DNA from: Camelus dromedarius | Taxonomy: Eukaryota | Length of the DNA stretch: 64,000 nt | Assembly (NCBI RefSeq): GCF_036321535.1 | Contig: NC_087437.1 | Location: forward strand, 102,860,001 to 102,924,000 | Reading direction: 5' to 3' | Part shown: in pieces, positions 26,169-38,959 of the stretch | Numbering within the stretch: position 1 is the stretch's first letter | Layout of the letters: every line of letters begins with the position of its first letter | Translations under genes and position numbers: made by a program | The notes under the pieces: generated by a model | Seen by the model: only the letters and a program-made list of their open reading frames with translations | The model's database searches: none | Told to the model about the DNA's origin: nothing

Positions 26169-27809
26169 AGAAAATCTCTCTAGCCTCTATTCCAACTTGA
26201 TTCTTTGGTTGTGGCTGTCACTTGCTATGATTCCTAGCATTCTGTGTCTTCTGATCACCAGCACAGAATAAGGAATTAGGCAATGTTTTCTCTGTTTATT
26301 ATTATACTTTTAATTTATTCCTCTTTTCCTCTTTCTGTCTTCCCTTCGTTCCTTCGTTTTACCCTTTGAGCCTTTCTCACATCAAAACTGATCAATGGTT
26401 TCTGCCTCAGGAGAGGACCTGCACAGCCAGGCACAAAGAACACAGTATTAAGCTATCAGCTTTCAAATGTAAAATAAGAGTTTTTAATTCATGGCGGAGA
26501 CTATATTTTAAAAGGGTTTTGAGTTATAATGTCCATGCTTTTGAGAAAGGAAAAGTTCCTGTGTTCTATATTTGATCAATAAAAAGAGAAGCCCCAGAGA
26601 AATCTAGACATTGAGTTACTGAGATAAACAAAGAGAGGTCAGGAGTTTGTGGAATGCATTTACTGAAGAACAGAAACCACAATGGAGCTGTTCAGGTGTC
26701 CTTAGAGACAGCAGGGACAGATGTCTGTGACACTCCAAAAGCATGTCTCCACAAGGCATATCTCCATGGATGCCCTCACTGAATGACAAATCCAGAAGAA
26801 GGTGTTCACCCCCCAAACCGTGATGGCATGTAGACACAGGGAGGAGGGAACACTTCTGATATGAGCACAGGAACCTGGACGTGACTGGGTTCAACTGTTT
26901 ACCTATATTAAGTTTGCTGTTATCACGTAGAATGGAATATTACAAGAGAAAATAAATCTAGTAATAGAAAATATTTTTCCACTTCTGAAATTTTAGTCCA
27001 GTTTCCCCCAAATATGGGCTTTTGATATATTTGACCTTTCATTCTGCTCAGACTACCCTCTTCTCCTCGATCTTGTTTAGTTTTTCTGGCCTGTGGCTTC
27101 TCCCCTTGTCTTCCTCCTCACTGATGTGAGAGCCAGACACGTAGAGACATATCTATTTTCTCAGGAGCTTATTTCCTTCAGGAATCTCTTTGCCACTTCA
27201 TTTCTGTCCTAATTTATCAGACACACTTCCCTAGGATCCAATTTGCTAGTCCCTTATGTTCTAGTGGTTTTCATCTGTGACACTGACTTACTGACTATAC
27301 CCTAAATGTTCCTCACAGTGTTGCTTGCTGAAATCTACATAACGTGGTGGTGCATGAGAACACACTGTGTGTGTAACATATCATACTATAATTTTTCAGA
27401 GAAATGACAAAGAGAATAATAATAGGTATCTAATATGAGTGTATAGTATTTACTTTTAAAAAAAATACTTTCCCACGCATCTCATTTTCATCTTAGAATT
27501 TATGCAAATAAATAACATCAGTTAGTTTTCTTTAAAATCTAATATTCAGAGGAAGACATAGCCATAAGCTGTACAGATAATAGGCAGTAAGTATATGTTG
27601 ATTGAACATGGGAAAATAGGTGTGAAAAATATAACAAACACATAATCATAGCTAATTATAAAACAGAGACTCTGTTTTATTTTTCTTGTGTTTTTCATTC
27701 TGTGATTATGATTACTTAGATACAACTTTTTATTTTTGGAAGCACAAGCTATATACACACACTACCCCGCTTCTGTTGACACATGTGTAGTCTCAAAAGA
27801 GTCTAGACA

Positions 27810-28030
27810 GACTCAGTGTAACGACTTGGTTTCCTATCTCTGGAGTCAGACTGCCAGTGTATGAATGTCGTCTTCACTGAGGGCCAGCTGTTTGACTCTG
27901 GGCAAGTTACTAAAGCTCTCTGTGCCTTCGTTTCATTAATCTGAAAAATGATGACAGTGGTATATCATTTATAGTTTTATGAGGATTAAATAGGATAATG
28001 TGAAGCCCAAAGTAAGCACTAAATAATTGT
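27810..28030 (+). mobile_element. MIR
   Basis: ctctggagtcagactgcc...ctgggcaagttactaaagctctctgtgccttcgtttcattaatctgaaaaatg...tgaggattaaataggataatg. Confidence 0.85.
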
Positions 28031-28394
28031 GTTTTTTACAATCATTCTTGTTACAGATACTCACAATTCTAAATTTCTTGTTTCCAGCCTTCAATTCTGC
28101 CTTAGAGGGAAACATGGCACTATTTTTGGACAGGTAAAAGTTATCTATGGCTTACTAGGTAATAATGACACATAACATATTTCAATGTAATCCTTTTCAG
28201 AAAAGTCAGAGTGGTGTTTTCCAGCTTTTGAAGTAATCAGAAGAATAAAAGTGGAAGGACATGAAGAATGGATTTAGGTTCTTGCATAAATAATGGAATG
28301 AGCAAAAGAAAGAAAATTAGTTTAAGGTCTGTAGTTTTGTGATCACATGTTTATTTCAGAGTTGACACAAGGCTGCTACCTGATACCCTAGCTT

Positions 28395-28748
28395 TGGGAG
28401 TTATCCGTGGTATTAACCAAACATTTCCAGCACTCACCCTTTTTGGGTATGTGATAGAGTTCTATTTACCTGCCTCTGAAGTTAGGCCTGGCATGTGACA
28501 AGTTTTGGCCAGTGAAGTGGGAGGAGTGGCAGTGGCACTTTTTTTTTTCCCCCTTGAACTACTCTGATTAGGAAGCACTGGTCAAGGCAAAGATTCCCTC
28601 ATCCAGAGTCTCTGTGGACCATGATGAGAGTGCCCCCTGCTGACCTTCACTGGAATTCAAGCCAGAGCAAAAAACGAACCGTGGTGTTAAAATCCGACAC
28701 TTTGGGATTGTAGGTAACTACAACTTGCCTAAGCTATCTTGACTGTCA
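28395..28748 (+). mobile_element. MaLR LTR (MLT1I/J-like)
   Basis: gaagttaggcctggcatgtgacaagttttggccagtgaagtg...ccatgatgagag...ctttgggattgt...ctatcttgactgtca. Confidence 0.7.
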
Positions 28749-30980
28749 AGACATTTCATTAGATTTTGAATCATTGTATTCAATTCTTTTTACTTTTAAA
28801 GTGATAAAAGTGTATAATAGAATAGAAATCTTTTCATTAGAAACACTATGTACCTGTAATCAATTTAAGGTCGTAAGAACTTGACTATTCATCTGATTTC
28901 ATTTTTTTTCAATTCCTCAAAATACAGTTCTTCTCAGGTGGAGGTTGGTGTGCAGTATGCATCCAGCGTAGGGCAGGAAGCTTTAAACAGAGCAGCGTGT
29001 TCAAGGAAAGTGAATGGGGCAGTTAATAAGATTCTTTGGCACTTAACTAATAACTTACGGATATAAATCTAAACAATTGCAATAAAACATGGATGAAATT
29101 CAGGAACATTTGTCAAGCGCCAAGTGTGTGTAAAGCACTGCGATAAGTTTTTGGAGGAAAAAAAATAAACGAAAATACCTGAAATGAGATGTTCATATGT
29201 GATAATTTTTAACTTACTGATGCTGAGATATAAGAATTCCAGTAGAAACTATCATTCAAATATCTTATGAAGCAGTTTGAAAAGACCTTTCTGTAAAGCA
29301 ACCTGTCTTTGCTTTGGGAATTTATTTAAAATGAGAAAAAGAAGGAAAGAAAGAAAGAAAGGAAGAGAGAAAGAGAGAGCAAGGGAAGGGTATGCACCGT
29401 TCTCTCTATGTGGTTATTTTCCTAAAAGGTGTTGATTAAGGCAAAAAAAATTCTCATATATAATTGCATAGTGTACCTGAATATCTTACCATACTTTAGT
29501 GTTTTCACCACTCTATATAATTTGTCATAAATAATTTTAAGTCTCATCATCTAATGCATGCATTCTTGTCTAGTCTTTTTATCAAAGGATTCTTTCTTGT
29601 GAACCAACAAGGCATAAACCCAGACTGAAGAGAGCTTTCATCGTTTTTAAGAAAGTGACGCTAGCTTACAGTCTCCTAGGAAACTCAGAAATTCAGCAGC
29701 TGTAGAAAGTCCAAGTTTTACAAAACGGCTATTATTGGGGGTAAAATTTTCCAAGGAAGCACATCCTGCCATCTCACCTTATTTTTAAGTTTAGTCTAAG
29801 AAATACTTACACAGTCCTTATGGTTAGCCATCTCTTACAAGAATAAAAAAAAAATGAACAAAACCCAGATTTGGGCACTTTCTTCGCTTGATCTGTGTGG
29901 AACTACAAATACACTCGGGAAACTTAACAAAAGGCTGATTATTTGAAGGGAATGGTCATCAAACAAGCACCGAAAAAAATACAAATCCAGTAAACAGAAA
30001 CAGAATAATTAACGAGGCAGTAAAATAGCAATTAATTAGGAAAAATACATACACAACCCAGAGAAGTATGTATTTCAAAATATAAAATATACAAATTAAT
30101 AATACATGAAATAGTCAGTTTCTCTCCATAAAATTAAGAGCTTGAGCTACATGACCTTCAGAATTGCTATCAAGAGAAAAAAAATTGCATGATACTTTCA
30201 TTCTTCCTTAAGTGCCTGTCACTCTCAGTTTGTTGGCCATGTTCTCTTACAGATGCTAAGAACGGTGCCGGGGGACATTGCTTTACACTGCCTCTCTGCT
30301 ATGGAAGATGCTCATGCATTTTGCTTTCCTGGGGAAATTAAGTTTCTGTAATTTGGTGACCATTGCCTAAAGCGGGTCATTTTATTTTTGTGTGTTCATG
30401 ACTCCTTCATTACCCATGGATCTTGATGAGAAACAAGCTAGGTTTAAGACTGAAAAGTTAAAGTTTAGAACCATTTCCCCGACAAGAAGAATAACAACTG
30501 GGGAAGTAAACACGCGTGTGGAATTTTCAGCATGTTGACACGTGCTTGCCACAGGGCCCTAAGACAACAAAGAGAAATGTCTTTGCCATCCAGCAAATCT
30601 AAATTAGAATTTGTTTTCAGTGTTATTTCTGGGACTTTGGGGAAGTTAATTAATTTCTCTGAGACTCAATTTCTTTATGTGAAAAATACAGATACTATAA
30701 ATCTCAGCAGAGTTTTGGAATTTTTTTTTTAACAAGATGCTACCTTTTCAGTAAATGTTATCAATCATCTTCCCCTATTACCTAGAGACTTAAGTAAGTC
30801 TTTTTAACTAGTAGTTATAATTTGACATGCACACACACGTATATATTAGTTGGTGTATTGTGTATATCTGTGTCTCAAATGCAAAATAAATAAGATGGGC
30901 AAATAAGAGCAAGGAAGCTATTTGCCTTACATGTTGCATGAAGATGTTTCCTAACATCTATTTATTTTTTTCTCATTTTT

Positions 30981-31025
30981 TATATATATATATATATTAT
31001 ATATATACACATTTATATATATATA

Positions 31026-31063
<38 letters not shown>
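30981..31063. repeat. (TA)n-(CA)16 compound microsatellite
   Basis: Direct reading. Confidence 0.95.
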
Positions 31064-31065
<2 letters not shown>

Positions 31066-31084
31066 TAATAAAGATCCTTACTTT

Positions 31085-31386
31085 TTGCCACATGTGGGAG
31101 CTTTGAGTGGATCCTCTAACCCCAAACCTCTTAGGAGACTGCAGCCCTGGCCAACAGCTTGACTGAAACTTGATTACAGACCCTGAGAGAGCTGCTTAGC
31201 TAACTCCTCCCAGATTCTTGACCCTCAGAAATGGGGTGGAATAATAAGTGCTTATTGTCTTGAGGCCCCATTTGGTTACATCAACTATACCTCAATTTAA
31301 AAAACCAACAAGAATATAGAAAATTTGGAAAAAAAAAAAGTCCCCTGTTTGGGGATACTTTTGTGCAGCAATAAATTATGAATACA
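31085..31386 (+). mobile_element. MLT1F-like MaLR 3' part, split by a short L1 tail (31271-31339)
   Basis: gactgcagccctggccaacagcttgactg...cccagattcttgaccctcagaaa... resumes as tttggggatacttttgtgcagcaataaattatgaataca. Confidence 0.75.
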
Positions 31387-31656
31387 CAAAAGAAGACTAC
31401 TTAGAAATGAAGTGTTGTAATATAGGACTTCACAAGCCTTGGTAGAGTTTGAATTTTGTTTAACTTATTAAACAACCTTAAGTTATTAAGTAATATGAAA
31501 TTATGAAATACATACATTACATGACTTGACTTTGTTACAAATGAAAATGAATTGACTCTTAGGACACAGTAGTTTAAAGGGTCATAAGAATTAATCAGGA
31601 TGTCGAGTTAATAGGAATAATCCAGATGTACTTGAGACATTGATTAGAGAAGAACC

Positions 31657-31694
31657 AAAACAAACAAACAAACAAACAAACAAACAAACAAAAC
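31657..31694. repeat. (AAAC)n microsatellite
   Basis: Direct reading. Confidence 0.95.
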
Positions 31695-32272
31695 CGTGGC
31701 AGGTAGAGCTATCTGGGATACAAATGGAGATAGAATTGGCAAGAAATGCCCAAGATGGGGATATCCTTAATGTACATCAGGACTTAAAATCAATGAGAAA
31801 AAAAGGAAGGAACTAATGAATTTACAAATGACAAAAAGTGCGTCTAAAAAGATGCTCAATCTCATTATTATTGACAAAAGAATCAATAATAATGACATAT
31901 TTTTCATCCAGCAGATTTAAAGAGATTGATGAAAACTCTTCATTGGCAAGACTGGAAAACTATTCACTCTCATTTACTGTAGATGTGAGTCTAAATTGAC
32001 AAACTCTCTGGAGTTAGTCTGTGAAGTCCATACACTTTATTCCAGGTATCCCACTTCTAGGAATTTGCCCTAAAGAAATAATTGCAGTATTAAGGGATAC
32101 TCATTTTTCATTGCAAAGTTATTTATATTGGTGAGAATTTGGAATTTATAGGCTCTTCATTGCTATATGTAATGAATTATCCTTATGGTATAATGTTGAG
32201 TAAAATAAATGTTTTAAGATGTTAGGTTTATCATTCATCCATGTGTGTGAAACTATCCATTCATGCCATATT

Positions 32273-32274
<2 letters not shown>

Positions 32275-32329
<55 letters not shown>

Positions 32330-32338
32330 GAGAGAGAG
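32275..32338. repeat. (TG)25 followed by a short (AG)n
   Basis: Direct reading. Confidence 0.97.
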
Positions 32339-32464
32339 GGGGTACTATTTGGGATAATGTTTAGCAATTGTGAATAGTTCTGAATGTTGGATTTGGAGAT
32401 GAGTTTTTCTTTCTTTAGATTTTTCTCTATTAGAAGGTAATTTTTGCCAGCATGTTATTGAAAA

Positions 32465-33677
32465 TGTTTTTAATAAATGTTATTTTTAGGCAAATTTTAA
32501 GTTCACAGCAAAATTGAGCAGAAGATGCTGAGATATCCAATACACCCACTGCTCTCATACATGCATAGACTTTCCTGTTATCAGCATTCCACACCAGTGT
32601 AGTACACTTGTTACAATTGTTGAACTTATTACATTGACAGATCACTACCACCCACAATCAATAGTTTACCTTAGGGGCTCACTTTTGGGTTTGTACATTT
32701 TGTGGGTTTGGAAAAATGTGTAATGGCATATATCCATCATTATAGTATCATAAAGTGTATTTCCATGGCTCTGAAAATCCCCTGTGTTCTACCTAGTCAT
32801 GCCTCCCTCCCCACTAACCACTGACAACCATAGAACTTCTTAGTGTTTCCATAGTTTTGCCTTTTCCAGAATGTTATATAGTTGAATCATGCAGTATGTA
32901 GCCTTTTCAGATTGCCTTCTTTCACTTAATAACATGTAGTAAATTTTCGCCCATGACTTCATGACTTGATAGCTCACTACTTTTTGGTGCTGAGTAATAT
33001 TCCATTTTCTGGATGTGCCAGTTTATCCATTCACCAGCTGAAATACATCTTAGTTGCTTCCAAGTTTTGGCAATTATAAATAAAGCTGCTATAAACTGTG
33101 CAACTTTCTGTGTGGACATAAGTTTTCAACTCCTTTGTATAAATACCAAGGGATTTGATTGCTAGACCTAATGCTAAGAGTATGTGTAGTTCTTTAAGAA
33201 ACTTCAGAATGTCTTCCAAAGTGGCTGTACCGTTTTGTCTTGCCACAAGCAATGAATGGGGGTTCCTGATGCTCCTCATTCATCCTCTCAAGCACTTGGT
33301 ATTGTCAGTGTTCCAGATTTCAGCCATTCTAGTAGGTGTGTCGTGGTATCTCATTGCTTTAATTTGCATTTGCCTGGTGACCTGGAAGGTGGACAACTTT
33401 TCATATGCTTATTTTCCCTCTACATATCTTCTTTGGTGAGGTATCTGTTAAGGTGTTTGGTCCACTTTTTAGCTGGGTTATTCATTTCCTTATCATTGAG
33501 TTTGAAGAGTTCTTTGTATAGTTTGGATAACAGTCCTTTATCAGATATGTCTTTTGCAATTTTTTTCTCCCAGTCTGGGGCTTTTCTTCTCATTCTTTTG
33601 ACATTATCTTTGGCAGAAGTTTAGTTCTAATGAAGTCCATTTTACCAATTATTTCTTTGATGGATTGTGCCTTTGGT
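32465..33677 (-). mobile_element. L1MC1/2-like 3' UTR and ORF2 C-terminal remnant
   Basis: ttcacagcaaaattgagcagaag...ttttgccttttccagaatgt. Minus-strand ORFs contain FIAALFIIAKTWKQ..W and LGIY.KE.KTY, which are L1 ORF2 C-terminal motifs. Confidence 0.9.
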
Positions 33678-34399
33678 CTGATGTTATTTTTACAAATAAA
33701 AATAATCCAAAATTATTCACAAAAATGTAAAAAGGAAAAAAGAAACTGAGAAGAATAATATTTTAAAATATTACCTGTATCATGACTTTCTATTATAAAA
33801 AAATAACTACAGAGTAACTATTGCACTGGTCATTTTGTCCATGTATTTTCCTTATAGTGATAATTTTGGATATTCTATTTCTGTTTATCTCTTCAGGTCT
33901 TTAGAAAACTTTCTTTCTCTTTTAATTAGAGCAAAAGAAAATATCATAAGAATCATAAGGAAAAAAGAAAGACCGAATTGATCATTGAGGAGAAAATAAA
34001 ACATCAGGACCTTGTAGTTAAAAAAAGAATAAAGATAAATTACTACAGACTTATTATAAGTATCAAATTCCCTGGTTTTCAAGTAAATCATGGACTATTC
34101 ACAAATGTTCCATAGCAATTGCTAAAATGATGTTTTTGTTCTGAGTCAATCTTAGCAAATAATGTGGTTGGATAAAAACGATTTCTCAAAAATTATTCTT
34201 ACATTGAGTTTTACTTTATTCAAGCTCTGAGATAGTAATAAAAGAAAATCTTATCCATTGAAATGCTGCTTTGTAATTTTTGCTTTAGAACGTGACTAAG
34301 GATAAAATCTAAAATCAGCAAGACATTTCTGCTTTCCATGTTTATTTTATAGTAATCTATCTTGTTTAGAGATTATTGGAAGTCTTAAAATATCAGGTA

Positions 34400-34600
34400 A
34401 TAACAGCCATACAGTGTGTTACTTTTGTAATTACTAGTCTTACTTGTGCTTCACAGCCAGTGTTTCATTTTATCCTGACCATAATGGGGAGCAGCTTTGA
34501 TTAATGGCTTCCCCTTGAAAAATAAGATAACTGAGGCTCAGAAAGGTTAAATGACTTGTCCAGCATTAAAATCTATTGAATAGTGGCACTAGAAAATAAC
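34400..34600 (-). mobile_element. MIR
   Basis: gataactgaggctcagaaaggttaaatgacttgtccag, the antisense MIR core. Confidence 0.7.
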
Positions 34601-37339
34601 TCTCAAACCCATAAGGAAATAATGTCTCTAAAAAGTGCATCAGATTTGTTTTTCCATCCGAGGCTTGAATACTTACTTATACCACTTCCAGAGTGGCCCA
34701 TTTGATTTCACTTTTCAACCAGGACAGGAAATTCTGTCTGAAAAGGGACTTTTCACCCCATTTTTTCAACTTACATTTTTCTCCCTACATGATAACTACC
34801 TCAGTCACCAAACGTATCTAATTTTTGTGTTGAGTACACTTATTTCATTAATTCATTGTAAAAATAACATATTATAAAAGTCCCAATACATTGTATTTGC
34901 TTCAGCTAGGCACTTAAGGCAGGACTGTAGTCCTAAAGGAGCTTTCAAAGGTGACTGGGGATATAAAGCACTTTAGAGAAATCTTGAGCCGAAAGCTGGG
35001 CAAACTCTTAATCAAGTGCATTCATTATTGACGTTTTGGGTCTTATCGCCTCGGCAGTCCCCAGTGGATATGATACGAGCTGACTTTGCTTCAACCTTGG
35101 TGTCATTGCTAAGATTTAAATAAATATTTATTGCAGTAAGAGTTGTACATTTCTCTTCTTTAATCTGATCACTTCAGAAGCTTATTCATCATATACTGCT
35201 TAGCTTTTATCTACTATCATTCTACTGTTCATTCATATTTTTGACAAACACTTGAATGCTCCCCGTAAACGTTCTAGGGATTTAGAATACTTGCACATGG
35301 TGAGTGGAAATATATGTTCACTAAACAAGGCACCTGCAGTCTGTGAATAACCATGTAGTTTTTTAAAATCCTAGTTACTTCTTTTGTGCATTATTTGTAT
35401 ATTATGTCACAAAAAACAGCTTTATGTTTGAAAAGTCAAATTGTTCAATTCATTAATAAGCAAATATTTTTAAAATGTAATTTGGCTCATAAATTCTTAA
35501 TTTTTTTTTCAATGAACACATTAAAATGTACTGTGTGCAAGCTTTAAGTCTCACTCAGGAATTCTGCAAAGTGAGGCCATATTTTCAGACAACGGAATTA
35601 CTTTCACAGTTTAATTTCTCTTGTAAAACTTGAAAAACAGCAATCTAGAATACATTTGGCCATCGATGGCACTTTTAATTTTGAAAATATACTGAAGCTG
35701 TCACACTACCGTCCAAATGGTTGTCAAAAATGACTATGCTAATTGAAAAATTCTGGCTATGAATGTAAGTGTTGCAGTTTTTATCAAGCAGAGATAAGAA
35801 CTGTATAAAAAATAACATGAATTTTAAGGTGAATTGAATTATCAAGTTGTAGCAGTGGGCCAAAATTTGAAAGTCCTACAGTAGATAGATTTTCCAATTT
35901 CTAATTTGTTGTAAAGATGGCATAGAATATGGAATAAGGACATTTCCACCTGGATCTAAAACTCTTGACTGGCAAGGCCGTTGAATCTCCTTGTCTTCAG
36001 TTGGATTTGGAGGACTGCCTAGTACATAAAATACTGAATTTCAGAAATGTGCAACCAAACTCAGAAACCATACACTTTTGTTGTCTAAATCAGATCATAC
36101 ATAAGAAAATACAGGGTACGTCAGCCTCACTGCTGACTCTCAGATGTCACTGAAAGTTGTGTTTGGGTAAGAGTCGAATGTCTTTGACTATGGCTGTGGT
36201 AATGTTTTCTAGTTTTATTTTTAGTAAATGTATCTGGCGACTAAATAATTGTTAAAATAACATAATACATATGCTAGATTGTTTAGTTGCTAGGCTCACT
36301 GTGAAAAGCTCTACTGTGAAAAGCTAACAATGCTTTTTGCAATGGCTGGGATATACATTTAAATTTAATTGGAAAGAAACCATCTTACCTTTAAAATACT
36401 TTTCTAAGGATAAGCCTAGTATAAGTGAGATATGATTCTACTGTTTAAGATTAATAGTTTGAATGTTAAATATGGTTCTGCTGTTATTGGAAATTCTTGA
36501 AAAAATTCATTTCAAATATTTGGCATGCATTGTGTTATACACACATCACAGATACTGTTAACATAAAAGTCTGCTAATTTCATGAATTACTTTTCATAGG
36601 ATAGAAGTGAACTTTTTCCTGCATAGAGGCAAATTATAATAGTTATATTCTTATTACTATTCCCAACATTCTATTCCTTGGACTTTTTTAAAAAATGTAT
36701 TTTAGTGTTAATTAAAATACAATGGTTGTTAAAGTTCAGTGAAAATACTTCTTCCACTGAATTATTTCTTTCATCTCAGTGTTTACATAGCTGTAAGATT
36801 TTAACAACTTGTTGAGCTTCTAAAAGCATACTTGTTAAACTGGAATTTTCTGATAAATATATAGTCAATATGTTGATTCCATCTAGTATTATTTTATTTT
36901 CCATTTCTATTAACTTCTTGAGGACAGGAATGCATCTCCTTTTCCCCCAACTGTTTGCGCAATGTTTGGCATGTAGTGGCATCTCACTTTTATTCAGCAT
37001 TAAACACAAACTGCCAGTCAAGTTAGGTAAAGGAGAAATAGAGTATGTATTTCCTGTCTAAAGTTCAAATTAAATGTGAAATATCACATACAAAATCATT
37101 ATTTAAAGTCAGATGTGTAATGAAAAATAATTTTCTGTATGTTTTATACATTATGGTATATCAGATTAATAGACAAAATTATCAAGAATCTGGACTTTTC
37201 ATGAAAGTACCAGAGAATGCCTTCTGCGAGTTCTATTTGAAAACATTCTATCCTGGGACTTTATTAAAACATTTATTTGGAGACTGCATGTTTTCCTACT
37301 ACAAATGATCATTGAACACTGTCCTTCATGGGAGGGGAA

Positions 37340-37520
37340 ACAATATGTGAGTAAATACTGGCTCTCCTACTTACAGGTGGAGCAAACTTAGTCCTTTAAA
37401 CTAGTAGCCTCAGCTCTTACTTGAGTAAATACTACAGATACTCCAGTAATCACAGAATTAATGAGATTATCACAAAGTTAGATGAAAAAAGTGCCTGAGT
37501 ATAGTGTGTGTTTAATAACA
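37340..37520 (+). mobile_element. MIR fragment
   Basis: ctggctctcctacttac...agcctcagctcttac...agaattaatgagattat. Confidence 0.45.
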
Positions 37521-38891
37521 ACACTGTTGTTATTTACAGTGTTTAATAACATCGTTAGCTGAACAAAGGTGTCTATCAACGTCCTACACAAAAAGGAAAT
37601 CGCATACAAATATAAATTATTTCAGGGAACACTTTTTGTGTACTATTCTTCATTTAAAAGGCAACCAAGTTAACTCTTTATAGAGTATAGTTCCAGGCAA
37701 AGGATTATTCTCCAAACAGAAGAGTATACTTATTTTTATCTGACAAAGGAAATTATAATGTACATCATGTTTTTCTTTCTAATGAATCTTTCTACATTTT
37801 GAAGAAGTTCAAGCCTAAATTAAATAATAAATTACAGTAACTATGTTTTTGCAAGGGTTGAGTATTCTATTTAATTTACTGTTCATACACAACTGCTCTT
37901 TTTAAATATAAATCCATATTTCAGTTGAGAGATCAGGACTGGAATTGTGCACTGAGAATTTTAAACATGAAGATGTTATTGAAAGCTATGGGATTGGACG
38001 TGATGCACTTTGAGAGGGAAAATGGATGGCAGAAAAGATCCCAGTCTGTGTCAGGACATCCTGGCATTTGGAGATCACAGAAGAAAAGGATAATTTCACA
38101 AGAAGACCAAAGACCATTTGGAGGTCTGGAAGATGAGGATAATTCCACAAGAAGACTGAAGACTAAGGTGGAGAAGCAAGAGGGGATTGCTCCAAAAGTC
38201 AAGTGCAAAAAGTGATTCCAGGAGGGAGAAATTGACTGAATCATGTTACAGATCAAAGTGGATCAGATACAGAGCAGGGATAATCCACTCACTGGAGCAA
38301 GAAGAAAACCAAAGTGGTTGGTTACAGAAACCAGAGGCTTGGTAGATTGGGTGGATGGGGAAGGTAAAAGTTTTCTCCTGATTTTACTTTTTTTTTTTTT
38401 TTTTTTTTTTTTAATTTGCAACAGTAGTGTCCCATTCATCTGGTGATTGTAAGGAGGTGGGAGGGAGTTGTTTGAGTTTTGAGGAAAGTGAAGAAGGAGT
38501 GGAGTACTCCACTCACTGGAAGACTCAGAGCTCTAGCTGTCCTCTCATTGGTCTGTGCATTTTCCAAAGCAAAAACTGAGTCTTACAATCATTGGATATA
38601 AAGTGTGATGGATGTCTTCTGGCTTTGTAGATTAATGTTTATTGTGTGAATTATTGAACCATTAACTTAATGAATCACATAATAGTCTCATTAAAGACTT
38701 TTATTAATATTTTATTAATATTTTAAATAGTTGAACAACTTTAATTTTGTATAGACATTCTGCTATCCCTTTATTTACCATAATTCCATGTCATACAAAA
38801 ATTTAATTTTTTTATCTTCTCTGTTACAACAAAATACTGTATTTTTAACATTTGAAGTTTCTTTTGCCTTTTTTAAAGACATAATGTTCTA

Positions 38892-38959
38892 GAATATATA
38901 TATGTATAACTGACTCACTTTGCTGTACACCTGAAGTATGTAAATTAACTATACTTCAA
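38892..38959 (+). mobile_element. 68-bp L1 3' terminus flanked by an 18-bp TSD
   Basis: gaatatatatatgtataactgactcactttgctgtacacctgaa...aactatacttcaa. TSD TAAAGACATAAT(G/A)TTCTA at 38874-38891 and 38960-38977. Confidence 0.9.

Noticed and set aside
25734..26271. Longest ORFs (149 and 167 aa; F/L/S-rich)
   Set aside because: Artefacts of a stop-free C/T microsatellite.
33875..33985. Strong + strand acceptor (ctcttcAG) as a coding exon start
   Set aside because: All three frames stop within about 30 codons, no good donor follows, and the peptide is not recognised.
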